Of a DNA stretch of 43,298 nt, positions 1 through 9,218 are shown one piece after another. How positions within the stretch are numbered: the first letter of the stretch is position 1; each line of letters begins with the position of its first letter. The notes under the pieces were generated by a model that was not told the DNA's origin, did no database searches, and saw only the letters and a list, made by a program, of their open reading frames with translations. Where the stretch lies: the NCBI GenBank assembly GCA_964526905.1, contig CAZGMN010000001.1, positions 1-43,298 of the forward strand, in the 5' to 3' direction. The position numbers and the translations under genes are program-made. Source of the DNA: an uncultured Eubacteriales bacterium (GTDB taxonomy: Bacteria > Acidobacteriota > Aminicenantia > Aminicenantales > Aminicenantaceae).

Positions 1-167
1 TCTATTTCGGCCTATTCCAAAAAAGACAGAAACATTTCAAAGCAAGACGAATGATAGTCCGCGGAAAGGATTTGCCGCTTCAGTATAACGGCGAAGTCCT
101 TGGGGTTAAGGACAGATTTGAGCTCAAAGTCCTTCCCCGGGCGCTGAAAGTCATCTGCCCAAAATAG
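1..167 (+). CDS. C-terminal fragment of a diacylglycerol-kinase-family (YegS/BmrU-like) lipid kinase, truncated by the window edge
   Basis: Frame 3 is open from the window edge to a TAG at about 165-167. The translation ...RMIVRGKDLPLQYNGEVLGVKDRFELKVLPRALKVICPK resembles the (D/N)GE ... LP.AL.V..P C-terminus of this family. It is absent from the ORF track because it is partial and short. Confidence 0.45.
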   Translation, partial: YFGLFQKRQKHFKARRMIVRGKDLPLQYNGEVLGVKDRFELKVLPRALKVICPK

Positions 168-178
168 AGGAGCTCAGG

Positions 179-1390
179 CTATTTCTCTTTTATTTCTTTC
201 TTCTCGTTTCCCCAAAGTTTCTGGCCTCCAAGGGATTTCCTCCAGGCATCGCGCCATTTGTGAATTTCCACGACTCCGATGGCAGGCATATTCTGCCGCT
301 CTTCCTTAGGCCTCAGAGCAGGGAAGGGCTTGTGTGGTTCCTTCTGGTACCAGTAGGCAACTGTGACCAAATCCAGAGTCAGGCAGTTGTTGTGTCCATG
401 CTCAATGGTGGCCTTTAGAGATTTTTGAAAAGCGATCGGCGATTCGAGAAAGAAGCGATAGCAGTGAGTCCTGCCCAGCCAGCCTGTTTCATTATTGACC
501 CGGGCATAACCGAAATAAGGATGCATATAGATTTCCTTCGGCGACCAGGAGCAGCTGAAGAAATCTTCTGTGCCTGTGCCGTGGAGAGAAGGCGGCCACT
601 TCTCGCCGTCGATAAAAAACATGTCATCGCCCTCTCCGTACCACATCGGGGTGGGGCTGTCGACATAATAATTGATCCCGACAAAATGTCCCTGGCCTTC
701 GATGGAAGCAATGACATAGTTTCCTGCGCCGTCGATATTGGCTCCTTGCGGTCCGAGCACGCTCCATTCATTCTCGCCCTCTGGCTCTGGCAGAGGCTCG
801 GTCAATTCCCTGTTCCAGAAGGCATGGAAACGGCCCAAGTCAGAGCTCAGAGAATCATGCTTTTCATAGTCAATCTGATAATAAAAAGCGTCAATCTGCT
901 CACTGGATTGATTCTCGATCGTGATTAGCGCGCCGTTCGAAAAGGGCATCGGAAAATAGCAGTTGAGGGCATTCCCGTTCAAAGGAGAGGCCGCCAGAGG
1001 AAGGCTGAGGAGCGGATATTTCTCCCCCCAGCCCTGCCCGAAGAAATCGCCGATGGGACATTCGACGCTTGGACTCTGCTCATTATCCCAGTACATGCGC
1101 AGCACCGCATTGCGGCGGAGCATCGGGTCCTTACAGGAAATTGTGACCCAGATGTGCTTGATGATTCCTGCTCCCTTGATTCGGGCCATCTCTGCGGTCT
1201 CTCCAGGCGCTATCACCAGCCGGTCGGCATTCTTCCCGCTGAGGTCAAAGCTGGAGATTCTCTTCGTCTGATAATTCCTCAAACGGGCCAGGTCATCCAG
1301 CAAGGAAGACGGCTTTTCTGCAGAAGCTAAAAAATATTGGGCGGCAAGGATAAAGAAGACAGAGAATAAAGCCAATTTCTTAATTTTCAT
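179..1390 (-). CDS. Secreted DUF2961 / GH172-like family protein
   Basis: ORF 179-1552 is trimmed to the in-frame ATG at 1390 (MKIKKLALFSVFFILAAQ... signal peptide), which is preceded by a GGAGGAGAG SD. The body (IKHIWVT, MYWDNE, PIGDFFG, CYFPMPF, FYYQIDYE) matches the DUF2961 pattern. Confidence 0.85.
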   Translation of the reverse strand: MKIKKLALFSVFFILAAQYFLASAEKPSSLLDDLARLRNYQTKRISSFDLSGKNADRLVIAPGETAEMARIKGAGIIKHIWVTISCKDPMLRRNAVLRMYWDNEQSPSVECPIGDFFGQGWGEKYPLLSLPLAASPLNGNALNCYFPMPFSNGALITIENQSSEQIDAFYYQIDYEKHDSLSSDLGRFHAFWNRELTEPLPEPEGENEWSVLGPQGANIDGAGNYVIASIEGQGHFVGINYYVDSPTPMWYGEGDDMFFIDGEKWPPSLHGTGTEDFFSCSWSPKEIYMHPYFGYARVNNETGWLGRTHCYRFFLESPIAFQKSLKATIEHGHNNCLTLDLVTVAYWYQKEPHKPFPALRPKEERQNMPAIGVVEIHKWRDAWRKSLGGQKLWGNEKKEIKEK

Positions 1391-1426
1391 CTCTCCTCCT
1401 TTCAAATTATTTTTCTTCATTAATAC

Positions 1427-1449
1427 AAAAAAAATAGACCAGGGTCTAT
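1427..1449 (-). terminator. Rho-independent terminator downstream of the DUF429 gene
   Basis: The minus strand reads AUAGAC-CCUG-GUCUAU followed by a U7-8 run, about 50 nt after the stop at 1497. Confidence 0.55.
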
Positions 1450-1496
1450 AAAAATCATTAAAGAAAAATGAAATCTCCGAGCTTATCGCAAAAAGA

Positions 1497-2099
1497 TTAA
1501 GACGACCGAGCTGGAGGAGGCATGATGATTGCTCCTCGAACAAAATCACCATAGACTTCGGCTTTGCCCTGAAGGAAGAGCAAGCCGACGAGCGCCGCGG
1601 TCACTGCATCGAGTTCATGGCCTGTGGCCTCTTCCCTCAAGCCCAGGACCCCTAACCGCTGCAGCCCCTTCCTCAGAGCGGCCAGGTTGTGCTTGACGCG
1701 GGGAATTTTCCAGATGTCCTGAGCGCCACCGGGATAGACTTCGATCACTCGGAATCCTTCCTCTTGCAAATCGCTCCGCAGCTTCATTCCCCGTTCGGTT
1801 AAACTTCTCATTGGACCAAGGGTGATGGGGAAGAAAGGGATTTTTCTCCGCTTTAATTCCTCGTCGCAGAGGCGAAGATGAAATCTTGATTTTTGGCTGA
1901 TCGATTTTCTTCCTGGCGGAAGAGTCAGCGGGGCATCGATAGCCACAAGCTCTGCTTTCTCTTTTTTGACGCGGGCTAGAATTTCCTCATCCGAGAAAAG
2001 AAGGGCTGTCTCCGCCTTCAATCCTTTGAGCCGGCACCATCCACTCGGACGATGGGGAACTCCAGCCAGGTCAATCCCGGCGATAAGGAAATTTTTCAT
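1497..2099 (-). CDS. DUF429-family protein (predicted RNase H-fold nuclease)
   Basis: ORF 1497-2165 is trimmed to MKNFLIAGIDLAGV... at 2099. The N-terminal IAGIDLAG and later AIDAPL motifs are typical of DUF429. Confidence 0.7.
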   Translation of the reverse strand: MKNFLIAGIDLAGVPHRPSGWCRLKGLKAETALLFSDEEILARVKKEKAELVAIDAPLTLPPGRKSISQKSRFHLRLCDEELKRRKIPFFPITLGPMRSLTERGMKLRSDLQEEGFRVIEVYPGGAQDIWKIPRVKHNLAALRKGLQRLGVLGLREEATGHELDAVTAALVGLLFLQGKAEVYGDFVRGAIIMPPPARSS

Positions 2100-2175
2100 C
2101 TCTCTTTTTTCCGAAATAGAACTTCCTGTCAAATAAACGAATGGTTCTCTTTGGGATTGGAACAAAGAAAAATTC

Positions 2176-3102
2176 TTATGGGCTTTTTATCGCTTCCTTG
2201 AGAGCCCGGACAACAGAATCAGAGAAACTTCGCCTTGAAAGCTTTTCAATATCTTCCAAGGATTTTATTTCTTTTTTCCCCAGAAAAGCGGGCACGCGGG
2301 TCGAGATTTTATCATAGAGGTCGGCCAGGGCAATGATGCTGCTTCCCTTAGGAATCTCGTTCAAGTCCTTATCGGGGTTGTCCGCTTCTTTCACATAATG
2401 AAGAAAATAGCCAAAAAGAAGAGGTTCGATTGTTCTCAAGAGCGATGCCGTGGTGCTCAGCAGCACCTGCTCTCTATCTACGGTTTGAGTCTTAGAGACC
2501 TTCAAATCACTTTTTGTAAAATCTGCAATCTCTTCAAAAAAAGGGAGGCTCGATTTCAAATCTCCGGCTTCATAAAGGAGTGCAGCTGATTTTATGTTTT
2601 CCACTTCGGTTGTGCTCAGCCCAGCAGCCTTAGCAATCTTTCCTGAAAGAAGAGAGACTCTGAGGCTGCGGGGCTTTCTTTCATCCGCAACCTCAAGATA
2701 CTTGAGTATAATTTTGAGCGCCCCCATATAGGACCTTCTCATCTTTTCAATCTTAGCTTCTCTTTGTTCAGAAAGCCTGCCGATGATCGCTCCGGTTATA
2801 ATCAAAAAGCTGGCCCAGGAAATGGTTGTAATCGTCTCATCGATTGAAAACTCCACTTTCAATCCAAAGAAAACTTTTGAATAAATCATATAGAGAATGA
2901 CCAGAGCGGCACAAAAGACCCCAGTTAAAACGGCATTTTTCTGCCCGAGAAAATATCCTGAAAGGATGACCGGAATGAAAAAGAAGTTGAGAAAAGCAAT
3001 TTTATAGTAGACAAGGAAAGCAATGGCCAGAATTCCAATGATAATGAGAAAGATCATCGACAACTCAAAATGCTTTTTAAGGAATTCGCTTATTTTCTTC
3101 AT
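2176..3102 (-). CDS. Four-TM membrane protein with a degenerate (probably non-catalytic) HD-GYP-like C-terminal domain
   Basis: The N-terminus has hydrophobic helices. The C-terminal half aligns by eye to HD-GYP, but the metal ligands are replaced: RSLRV for HSxRV, LYEAGD for LHDIGK, HYV for HHE, DNPDKDLNEIP for GYPDGLKGEEIP. The IIALADLYDKIS segment is retained. Confidence 0.7.
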   Translation of the reverse strand: MKKISEFLKKHFELSMIFLIIIGILAIAFLVYYKIAFLNFFFIPVILSGYFLGQKNAVLTGVFCAALVILYMIYSKVFFGLKVEFSIDETITTISWASFLIITGAIIGRLSEQREAKIEKMRRSYMGALKIILKYLEVADERKPRSLRVSLLSGKIAKAAGLSTTEVENIKSAALLYEAGDLKSSLPFFEEIADFTKSDLKVSKTQTVDREQVLLSTTASLLRTIEPLLFGYFLHYVKEADNPDKDLNEIPKGSSIIALADLYDKISTRVPAFLGKKEIKSLEDIEKLSRRSFSDSVVRALKEAIKSP

Positions 3103-3333
3103 TTCTTCACCCTTTTTAAGAAATTATGCAACAATTCTCTTTCAGCATAAACCATCTCAACTATTTTTTAGATTTATATCATTGGAACAGAGTCAAGTCA
3201 ACCCAGAGCAATTGAGCTCGCCTTCTTTTTTCTAACGGCCGCCCGGAATGAAGCCGGTCATCACCACGCAGCAACTGGCTGCTGAAATTAATTATCCTTG
3301 ACGGAAAGAATAACTTATTTTACAGATAAAAAT

Positions 3334-3738
3334 CTATCCACCAATCTTGACTGTCACCTTAAAAGACGGCGGTTTTAAAATATGGACTTTGACCGAGCAG
3401 AGATCAATAGCCTTGACGACTGCATTCTTGTATTTCTCGGGGAAATCTGAAGGGAGCTTAACCTCTATCGAAATTCTCTCTATCATCTTGGTCGTTGAAT
3501 TTCTCTCCGTCCTCATCAAGACTTCGGACTTTTCAGTGGAAATCCCACGGCTCTGGCAGAAAGCCAGAACATAGTAGCCGGCACAGGTGGCAATCGAAGC
3601 CAAAAAAAGGTCAAAGGGAGCAGGGGCTGAACCTTCGCCGCCTTGGTAGGCTGGCTGGTCAGTCTTAATCACAAAACCCTTGTATTCCGCATCGACTCTC
3701 AACCCTCCGGGGAAAGTCACTTTCAATTCCCTTCCCAT
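3334..3738 (-). CDS. OsmC/Ohr-family protein
   Basis: ORF trimmed to MGRELKVTF... at 3738 with an AGGAGGAAAAAT SD. FDLFLASIATCAGYY and the overall size fit the OsmC fold. Confidence 0.8.
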   Translation of the reverse strand: MGRELKVTFPGGLRVDAEYKGFVIKTDQPAYQGGEGSAPAPFDLFLASIATCAGYYVLAFCQSRGISTEKSEVLMRTERNSTTKMIERISIEVKLPSDFPEKYKNAVVKAIDLCSVKVHILKPPSFKVTVKIGG

Positions 3739-3793
3739 ATTTTTCCTCCTTTTGAATTCAACTAGAAATTCATGTGCCAAAGTATTTCCATTT

Positions 3794-4519
3794 TCATATT
3801 ATGGACTTTGAAAAAATTGCAAGCAACAGTCTTTTATCTTTCTCGGACAAGGCAAACCTGCCGAAGAGGTCATAAATCATCTCTGTCATATGGAGTTTGT
3901 TTGTGGCGTGGATAAACCTTTTTCTCTCCAGTTTATCCAGAATGAGGCGGATGCACTCCTGCTGTTCTCTTCGCGAAATCGGCTTTTCTCGACTGATTCC
4001 AGCCTCGCCTGCGTCGCAGGCATAGATCTGAAACAGAGTCAAGAGCACAGCCGAGGCAAGATTATAGGAAGGTTGTCTCTCAGCTTGAGGAATCGTGAAA
4101 CGAAAATTTGAGCTTTGAAGCTCAGCAGAGGTCAGGCCTGTCCGCTCATTGCCAAAGAGCAGCCCGATTTTCGACTCTGGAGGAAAGCTGAACATCTCCT
4201 TCAAGGCTTTTTTTAGAGATATCGAAGGAAAATTCTTCCTCTGCTTGGCCGTTGCCGCATAAATCAAATCAAGGTCAGAAGTGGCTTCTTCAAGGTCAGT
4301 GCACAATTTTGCTCTCTCCAATATCTCGCCGGAATGGACTGCTGTCCGGCAGGATTTCTTGTCGATGCCTCGCACTCCGACCAGCCTCAATTTTTCAAAT
4401 CCAGTATTCTTCATACAGCGGGCGACGAGGCCGATGTTCTCTGCATGCTCAGGCCGGACGAGGATGACGACGAACTTTTTCTTGAGGCCCGATCCGGCTG
4501 CGCTTTTTGGCTTGTTCAC
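3794..4519 (-). CDS. SpoU/TrmH-family RNA 2'-O-methyltransferase (TrmJ-like)
   Basis: VILVRPEHAENIGLVARCMKNTGF and LLFGNERTGL motifs are present. The apparent start is GTG with no clear SD, so the start is uncertain. Confidence 0.8.
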   Translation of the reverse strand: MNKPKSAAGSGLKKKFVVILVRPEHAENIGLVARCMKNTGFEKLRLVGVRGIDKKSCRTAVHSGEILERAKLCTDLEEATSDLDLIYAATAKQRKNFPSISLKKALKEMFSFPPESKIGLLFGNERTGLTSAELQSSNFRFTIPQAERQPSYNLASAVLLTLFQIYACDAGEAGISREKPISRREQQECIRLILDKLERKRFIHATNKLHMTEMIYDLFGRFALSEKDKRLLLAIFSKSII

Positions 4520-4654
4520 TCAACCATTATAAGAAACTGAGACGGCAAAAGCGAGAAAATCGAGCTTTATGACAAAGACTTTAAAGGATACTGGGAAACC
4601 CAAAGCTATTCGGATAAAGCCGATATTTGGAAAATAAAGAACCAAACTCGCCGG

Positions 4655-4816
4655 CTATAAGATTCTGGCTATCAAGCCTCCGAGCAAAGCCCAATACAAG
4701 GTCGAAAGATAAGGATTCTTGCTGATAATACAAACTCCGCTCTTGCATCCGATAAAACGATTATAGAGAAAGCCGACTACTCCGCCAGCCAAGACTCCGA
4801 TGACAATCTTGAGCAT
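4655..4816 (-). CDS. Small (53 aa) two-helix membrane protein with a CxxGxC motif (DUF6132-like)
   Basis: Below the ORF-track length cut-off. ATG at 4814-4816 follows AAAGGA. The translation is MLKIVIGVLAGGVVGFLYNRFIGCKSGVCIISKNPYLSTLYWALLGGLIARIL. Confidence 0.5.
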   Translation of the reverse strand: MLKIVIGVLAGGVVGFLYNRFIGCKSGVCIISKNPYLSTLYWALLGGLIARIL

Positions 4817-4942
4817 CTTTATCCTTTTTATCTCCCATTAAAAGACCACAAGGAGATGAGGCAATAGAGAATATTATAGCTCATCCCCACAGCAGCGACC
4901 ATTTCCTTCCTCTCCCCAATTTCTGATTTTATCCCAATTTGG

Positions 4943-5365
4943 CTAATATTTTCCCGTGCTTCCGAAGCCTTCTTCCCCGCGTGAGGTCTCGCTCAGCTCA
5001 TCGCTCTCGACAACCTTGACCTCAACAATGGGCTGGATCAAAAGTTGGGCAATCTTCATCCCTTTCTCGATTCGAAAAGGCTCTTGGCTCAAATTGGCCA
5101 GGACAACTTTAACCTCGCCTCTATAGCCTGAATCAATAACCCCTGCCAGCCTATGGATTCCTTTGAGTGAGATGCCGCTCTTGTCCCAGATAAGTCCCGC
5201 ATAGCCTTCTGGAATAGCCACTTTGACCCCGGTCGGAACAGCCTTGACAGCGGCTGCTTCAAGAACACAGTCAACGGAAGAGAAAAGGTCCAAGCCCGCA
5301 TCTCCTTTGTGCTGAGAGGAAGGGAGCTTCGCTCCTTCAACAATCCTCATGACCTTGAGTTCCAT
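4943..5365 (-). CDS. dut: dUTP diphosphatase (trimeric dUTPase)
   Basis: GDAGLDL, the GVIDSGYRGEV motif and a 140 aa length. The ATG lies 2 nt after the nrdG stop. Confidence 0.92.
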   Translation of the reverse strand: MELKVMRIVEGAKLPSSQHKGDAGLDLFSSVDCVLEAAAVKAVPTGVKVAIPEGYAGLIWDKSGISLKGIHRLAGVIDSGYRGEVKVVLANLSQEPFRIEKGMKIAQLLIQPIVEVKVVESDELSETSRGEEGFGSTGKY

Positions 5366-5367
5366 GC

Positions 5368-6066
5368 TCAGATGCCTTCAATCCTGATTTCGTCAAAATA
5401 AGGCTCAGCAATCTTGGCCAAGGCGCGGAGCTCTTCGCTGCTGTAAGGTTCTGTTCGAAGGTAGCTGCGGTCGATGGTGTCCATTGGCTGAAACTGCTGG
5501 AGCTGGAAAAGCTTTGCGCCTTCGAGCATCTCGCCTATTCTCTTGACATCCTCGGGACCGACAAGACCGGGAACAGCAGTTGTCCGAAAGACATGGGCGA
5601 GGCCAGAATTTTTTATGAGCTCGATGCTCTTCCAAAGGTCCTCTTGGTTCACTGCAGCTCCACACGCTTCCTGGTAGCGCTCTAAAGGAGCCTTGACATC
5701 CATGGCAACCTGGTCGATGAGCCTCTTCTGAATGAGCTCTTCAAGCTTCTGCGGAAAAGAGCCGTTGGTGTCGATCTTGACCAGCAGGTTTCTCTCTTTG
5801 ATGAGAGAAAGGAGCACTTCCAGGTCTTCATGAATCAGAGGCTCCCCTCCGGAAACGCAGACGGCCTCGAGCCAGCCTTTTCTTGAATCGAGATAGCTGA
5901 GGAAATACTCCAGCGAAAAGGTGGGGAGGACTTGAGGTCTGAGAACCAAGTCCGAATTGTGGCAGAAGGGACAGCGAAAGTTGCAGCCGCCCAAAAAAAC
6001 AGTCGAGGAAATGAATCCTACAAAGTCTTTGGGAGCAAACTTGATCAAGCCTTTGATTTCAACCAA
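5368..6066 (-). CDS. nrdG: Anaerobic ribonucleoside-triphosphate reductase activating protein (radical SAM)
   Basis: CNFRCPFCHN radical-SAM cluster motif. TTG start preceded by AAGGAG at 8-nt spacing. Position is immediately after nrdD and the glutaredoxin-like gene. Confidence 0.9.
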   Translation of the reverse strand: MVEIKGLIKFAPKDFVGFISSTVFLGGCNFRCPFCHNSDLVLRPQVLPTFSLEYFLSYLDSRKGWLEAVCVSGGEPLIHEDLEVLLSLIKERNLLVKIDTNGSFPQKLEELIQKRLIDQVAMDVKAPLERYQEACGAAVNQEDLWKSIELIKNSGLAHVFRTTAVPGLVGPEDVKRIGEMLEGAKLFQLQQFQPMDTIDRSYLRTEPYSSEELRALAKIAEPYFDEIRIEGI

Positions 6067-6311
6067 TCCTCTAACTCCTTGCGGCTGTTCAGGACAGTAA
6101 CGACTTCTCCCCTCTCTTGAAGCACCAGGGTAGGAATAATGATCGCTCCCTTCTCGTCGCGCTTGACAAGGCTCAGAAATTCCCTGATTTTCAACTTGCT
6201 CTCTTTAAGGACAAGGTCGTATTCCTCTGCTTTCAGCTCCCTCTCTTTCATATAATTCTTGAGCTCTTCGCACTTCGAGCAGCTAGGATAGGTAAAAATG
6301 AGATATTCCAC
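6045..6311 (-). CDS. Glutaredoxin/NrdH-like thioredoxin-fold protein
   Basis: 88 aa with a CSKC (CxxC) motif near the N-terminus. GTG start 3 nt after the nrdD stop. Overlaps nrdG by 22 nt. Confidence 0.7.
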   Translation of the reverse strand: MEYLIFTYPSCSKCEELKNYMKERELKAEEYDLVLKESKLKIREFLSLVKRDEKGAIIIPTLVLQERGEVVTVLNSRKELEDWLKSKA

Positions 6312-6314
6312 TGC

Positions 6315-8387
6315 CTAAATAATTTTTGAGTAAGGAGTCCTATCTTTAAATTCCTGCTGCTTGCCGTCGTTCCATGTCTTGACAGGCCTCAAGTAGCCGA
6401 CTATCCGCGAATAGACTTCCGTCTCCTCGTTGCATTGGGTGCAGCGAGGGACTTCACCTCTGAGATAACCGTGATTGGGGCAGACGCTGAAAGTGGGAGT
6501 AATGCTGAAATAGGGAATTCGTGTTTGTGCGATCTTGCGCACAAGCTTCTTGCACGTTTCCCTGTCGATAGCTTCAGGAAGAAAAGCATGGAAGATGGTG
6601 CCGCCTGTATAAAGAGGCTGAATGTCCTTCTGGTGCTCCAGGGCTTCAAAGATATCCCGAGTGGCGTCGACGTTCAATTGAGTGGAATTTGTCAGATAAG
6701 GAAATTTCTCCGTGCCTGAAGTGATGATGTTGTGGTATTTTTCTCGATCAAGCCTTGCCAGGCGGTAGGAAGTCGATTCGGCTGGAGTCGCCTCCAGGTT
6801 ATAAAGATTCCCTGTCTCCTCCTGGAATTGCTTGATCGTATCCCTCATGAAATTGAGGACTTCTATGCTGAACTCCTTTCCTTCAGGAGTGCCGATTCCC
6901 TTTCCGAGAAAGTTCAGGCAGCATTCGTGCATACCGCAGATGCCTATGGTCGAAAAATGATTCTCAAAATGCCCGAGGTAGGTCAAAGTGTAAGGAACAA
7001 GCCCCTTGCTGAGCATGTTGTTGATGACCTCTCTTTTTGTTTCAAGGGATTGCTTGGCCAAAGTCATGACACTCTTCAACTTGGAAAAGAACTCCTCGCT
7101 TGTTTTGGATTCGTAGCCGACGCGATTCAGGTTTATGGTCACGACGCCGATCGAGCCTGTGGAGTCTCCAGGCCCCCAGATACTGCCAGGCCTGCGCAGC
7201 AGCTCCCGCTGATCAAGGTTCAAACGGCAGCACATGGCTCTGATATCGCCAGGGTCCAAATCTGTGCCGATATAGTTTTGAAAGTAAGGAATCCCGTACT
7301 TGGCCGTGACTTCAAAAAGAAGATTGGCATTCGGCGAATCCCAGTCGAAATCCTTGCTGAGGTTGTAAGTGGGAATGGGAAAGGTGAAGACCCTTCCCTG
7401 ATGGTCTCCTTCTCTCATCAGCTCCAGAAAAGCTCGGTTAATCATGTCCATCTCTGGCTGGTAGTCCCCGTATGTTGAATCCAGCTCCTCGCCTCCGACC
7501 ACCACCTGCTTGTTCTTCATGTCTGACGGGATCGTCCCGTCAAAGGTCAGGTTGGAGAAAGGCGTCTGCCATCCCCAGCGAGAGGGAACATTGAGGCCGT
7601 AAATGAGCTTCTGGATATCCTGCTTGACCCGCTCATAGTCAAGCTTATCAGCTCTGACAAAGGGCGCGAGAAATGTGTCAACGCTGGAAAAGGCCTGAGC
7701 CCCGGCAAACTCGCCCTGCATGGTTCCGATATAATTCACCATGTGGAGCGTGGCCGTTTCCAAGTGCTTGGCAGGAGAAGAATGGACTTGATTGGGAACA
7801 TGGCCGAAGCCCTTTCTCAATAATTTTTCCAGCGACCAGCCTGCACAGTAAGAAACGATGGGGTAGGAAAGGTCATGGAGGTGAAATTCTCCATCGACGT
7901 GGGCTTTCTTGATTCTTTCCGAATAAAGCTGGTTGAGGGCGTAATTGGAAAGAACCTCACCTGAAACTCTGGCGTTCAACCCTGAAAAGCTCATCACTCC
8001 TTCGTTGGAATTCTCTCTTATTTTCCAATCGATATCGTTGATGTAATCCTTGATCAATCGCACCAGATTGATTCCTGTTTCTCTTGCTTCTCTAATCTCT
8101 TTGTGCCTCTCCCGGTAGAGGATGTAGGATTTAGCGACTTCATGGTAGCCCTGCCTCATCAGAACCATTTCGACGATGTCCTGGATCTGTTCCACCGAGG
8201 GAATGGTGTAACCCCCGAATTTATCCTCGGTCATGTAGGTCACGATATCAGAAACAGTCTTCGCCCGGTTTAGGTCTGTAATCCCGCAAGACTCCATGGC
8301 CTTGAAAACGGCATTGGTGATCTTATCCTGGACAAAGTCAGCAATACTGCCGTCCCTTTTCTTTATTCTGGTGACTATTTGCTGCAT
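6315..8387 (-). CDS. nrdD: Anaerobic (class III) ribonucleoside-triphosphate reductase
   Basis: N-terminal ATP-cone (VTRIKKRDGSI..F), a C-terminal Cys-rich Zn site (CPNHG...CTQCN) and the glycyl-radical motif SRIVGY. AAGGAG SD. Confidence 0.95.
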   Translation of the reverse strand: MQQIVTRIKKRDGSIADFVQDKITNAVFKAMESCGITDLNRAKTVSDIVTYMTEDKFGGYTIPSVEQIQDIVEMVLMRQGYHEVAKSYILYRERHKEIREARETGINLVRLIKDYINDIDWKIRENSNEGVMSFSGLNARVSGEVLSNYALNQLYSERIKKAHVDGEFHLHDLSYPIVSYCAGWSLEKLLRKGFGHVPNQVHSSPAKHLETATLHMVNYIGTMQGEFAGAQAFSSVDTFLAPFVRADKLDYERVKQDIQKLIYGLNVPSRWGWQTPFSNLTFDGTIPSDMKNKQVVVGGEELDSTYGDYQPEMDMINRAFLELMREGDHQGRVFTFPIPTYNLSKDFDWDSPNANLLFEVTAKYGIPYFQNYIGTDLDPGDIRAMCCRLNLDQRELLRRPGSIWGPGDSTGSIGVVTINLNRVGYESKTSEEFFSKLKSVMTLAKQSLETKREVINNMLSKGLVPYTLTYLGHFENHFSTIGICGMHECCLNFLGKGIGTPEGKEFSIEVLNFMRDTIKQFQEETGNLYNLEATPAESTSYRLARLDREKYHNIITSGTEKFPYLTNSTQLNVDATRDIFEALEHQKDIQPLYTGGTIFHAFLPEAIDRETCKKLVRKIAQTRIPYFSITPTFSVCPNHGYLRGEVPRCTQCNEETEVYSRIVGYLRPVKTWNDGKQQEFKDRTPYSKII

Positions 8388-8518
8388 CCCGATACTCCTT
8401 TTCCCTTCATATAAAATAAAAATAAATTGCTCTTCTTAGCTCATCCTCCGCCAGAGAAAACGCCAGGAACAATGGCCTCTATTCTCTTGAAAAGAAAGGG
8501 AGAACAAACAACCTCAAC

Positions 8519-8566
8519 CTTCCATATGTTGTATGCTCTGGAGAGCTAAAATACAAAATATTGTAT
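8519..8566 (-). promoter_or_regulatory. Candidate tandem NrdR boxes upstream of nrdD
   Basis: Read on the minus strand, ATACAATATTTTGTAT (8551-8566) matches about 13/16 of acaCwAtATaTwGtgt, and ATACAACATATGGAAG (8519-8534) matches about 10/16. The centres are about 32 bp apart, which is the characteristic NrdR-box phasing. The site lies 130-180 nt upstream of the nrdD ATG. Confidence 0.5.
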
Positions 8567-8749
8567 TAGCAACCAAAAATTTATACCCGTTTTTTTCTGC
8601 TGTCAAGTGATTTTTTTTCTTTTTTCTATCTGCATGAATTTCCTCATCTTAGCCTCTAAGTTCCGGCTGAATCCTCTAACAAAAAGCTGTTGCCCTGAAG
8701 GGATGGTAAAGAGGTCGGGTCTATGATAACCTGAATCCCGAGGTGGAAA

Positions 8750-9145
8750 ATGAGAACATTTGAAGTCAGGACTCAGGCCAAGGAAGAGCTGGTGGATATA
8801 ACAGCAAGAGTTAAGGAGGCCCTCCTCTCTTCGGGCATCAAAGGCGGAACCTGCACTGTTTATGTCCCGCACACGACAGCCGGAGTGACCATCAACGAGA
8901 ATGCCGACCCTGCTGTCAGTCAGGACATCTTGATGACTCTAAGAAAAATAGTGCCCGATTCCCTTGCCTACAGCCACGCGGAAGGGAATTCCCCTGCTCA
9001 CGTCAAAGCCTGCCTTATCGGCTCCGCGGTCAGCGTCATCATCGATGAGGGCCGTCCTTTGCTTGGAACCTGGCAGGGAATTTTCTTCTGCGAATTCGAC
9101 GGCCCGAGAAGCCGCAAAGTTTATGTCAAAGCAGTTTCTTCTTAA
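8750..9145 (+). CDS. YjbQ/UPF0047 family protein (secondary thiamine-phosphate synthase-like)
   Basis: VPHTTAGVTINENADP, NSPAHVKA and LGTWQGIFFCEFDGPR motifs. GAGGTGG SD. Confidence 0.88.
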   Translation: MRTFEVRTQAKEELVDITARVKEALLSSGIKGGTCTVYVPHTTAGVTINENADPAVSQDILMTLRKIVPDSLAYSHAEGNSPAHVKACLIGSAVSVIIDEGRPLLGTWQGIFFCEFDGPRSRKVYVKAVSS

Positions 9146-9218
9146 CTCGGTTTTTTTACCCTAAGAAATAATATTACTATAAAAGCCCCTGACTGTTTAT
9201 CGTTATTTCATCCTAATA

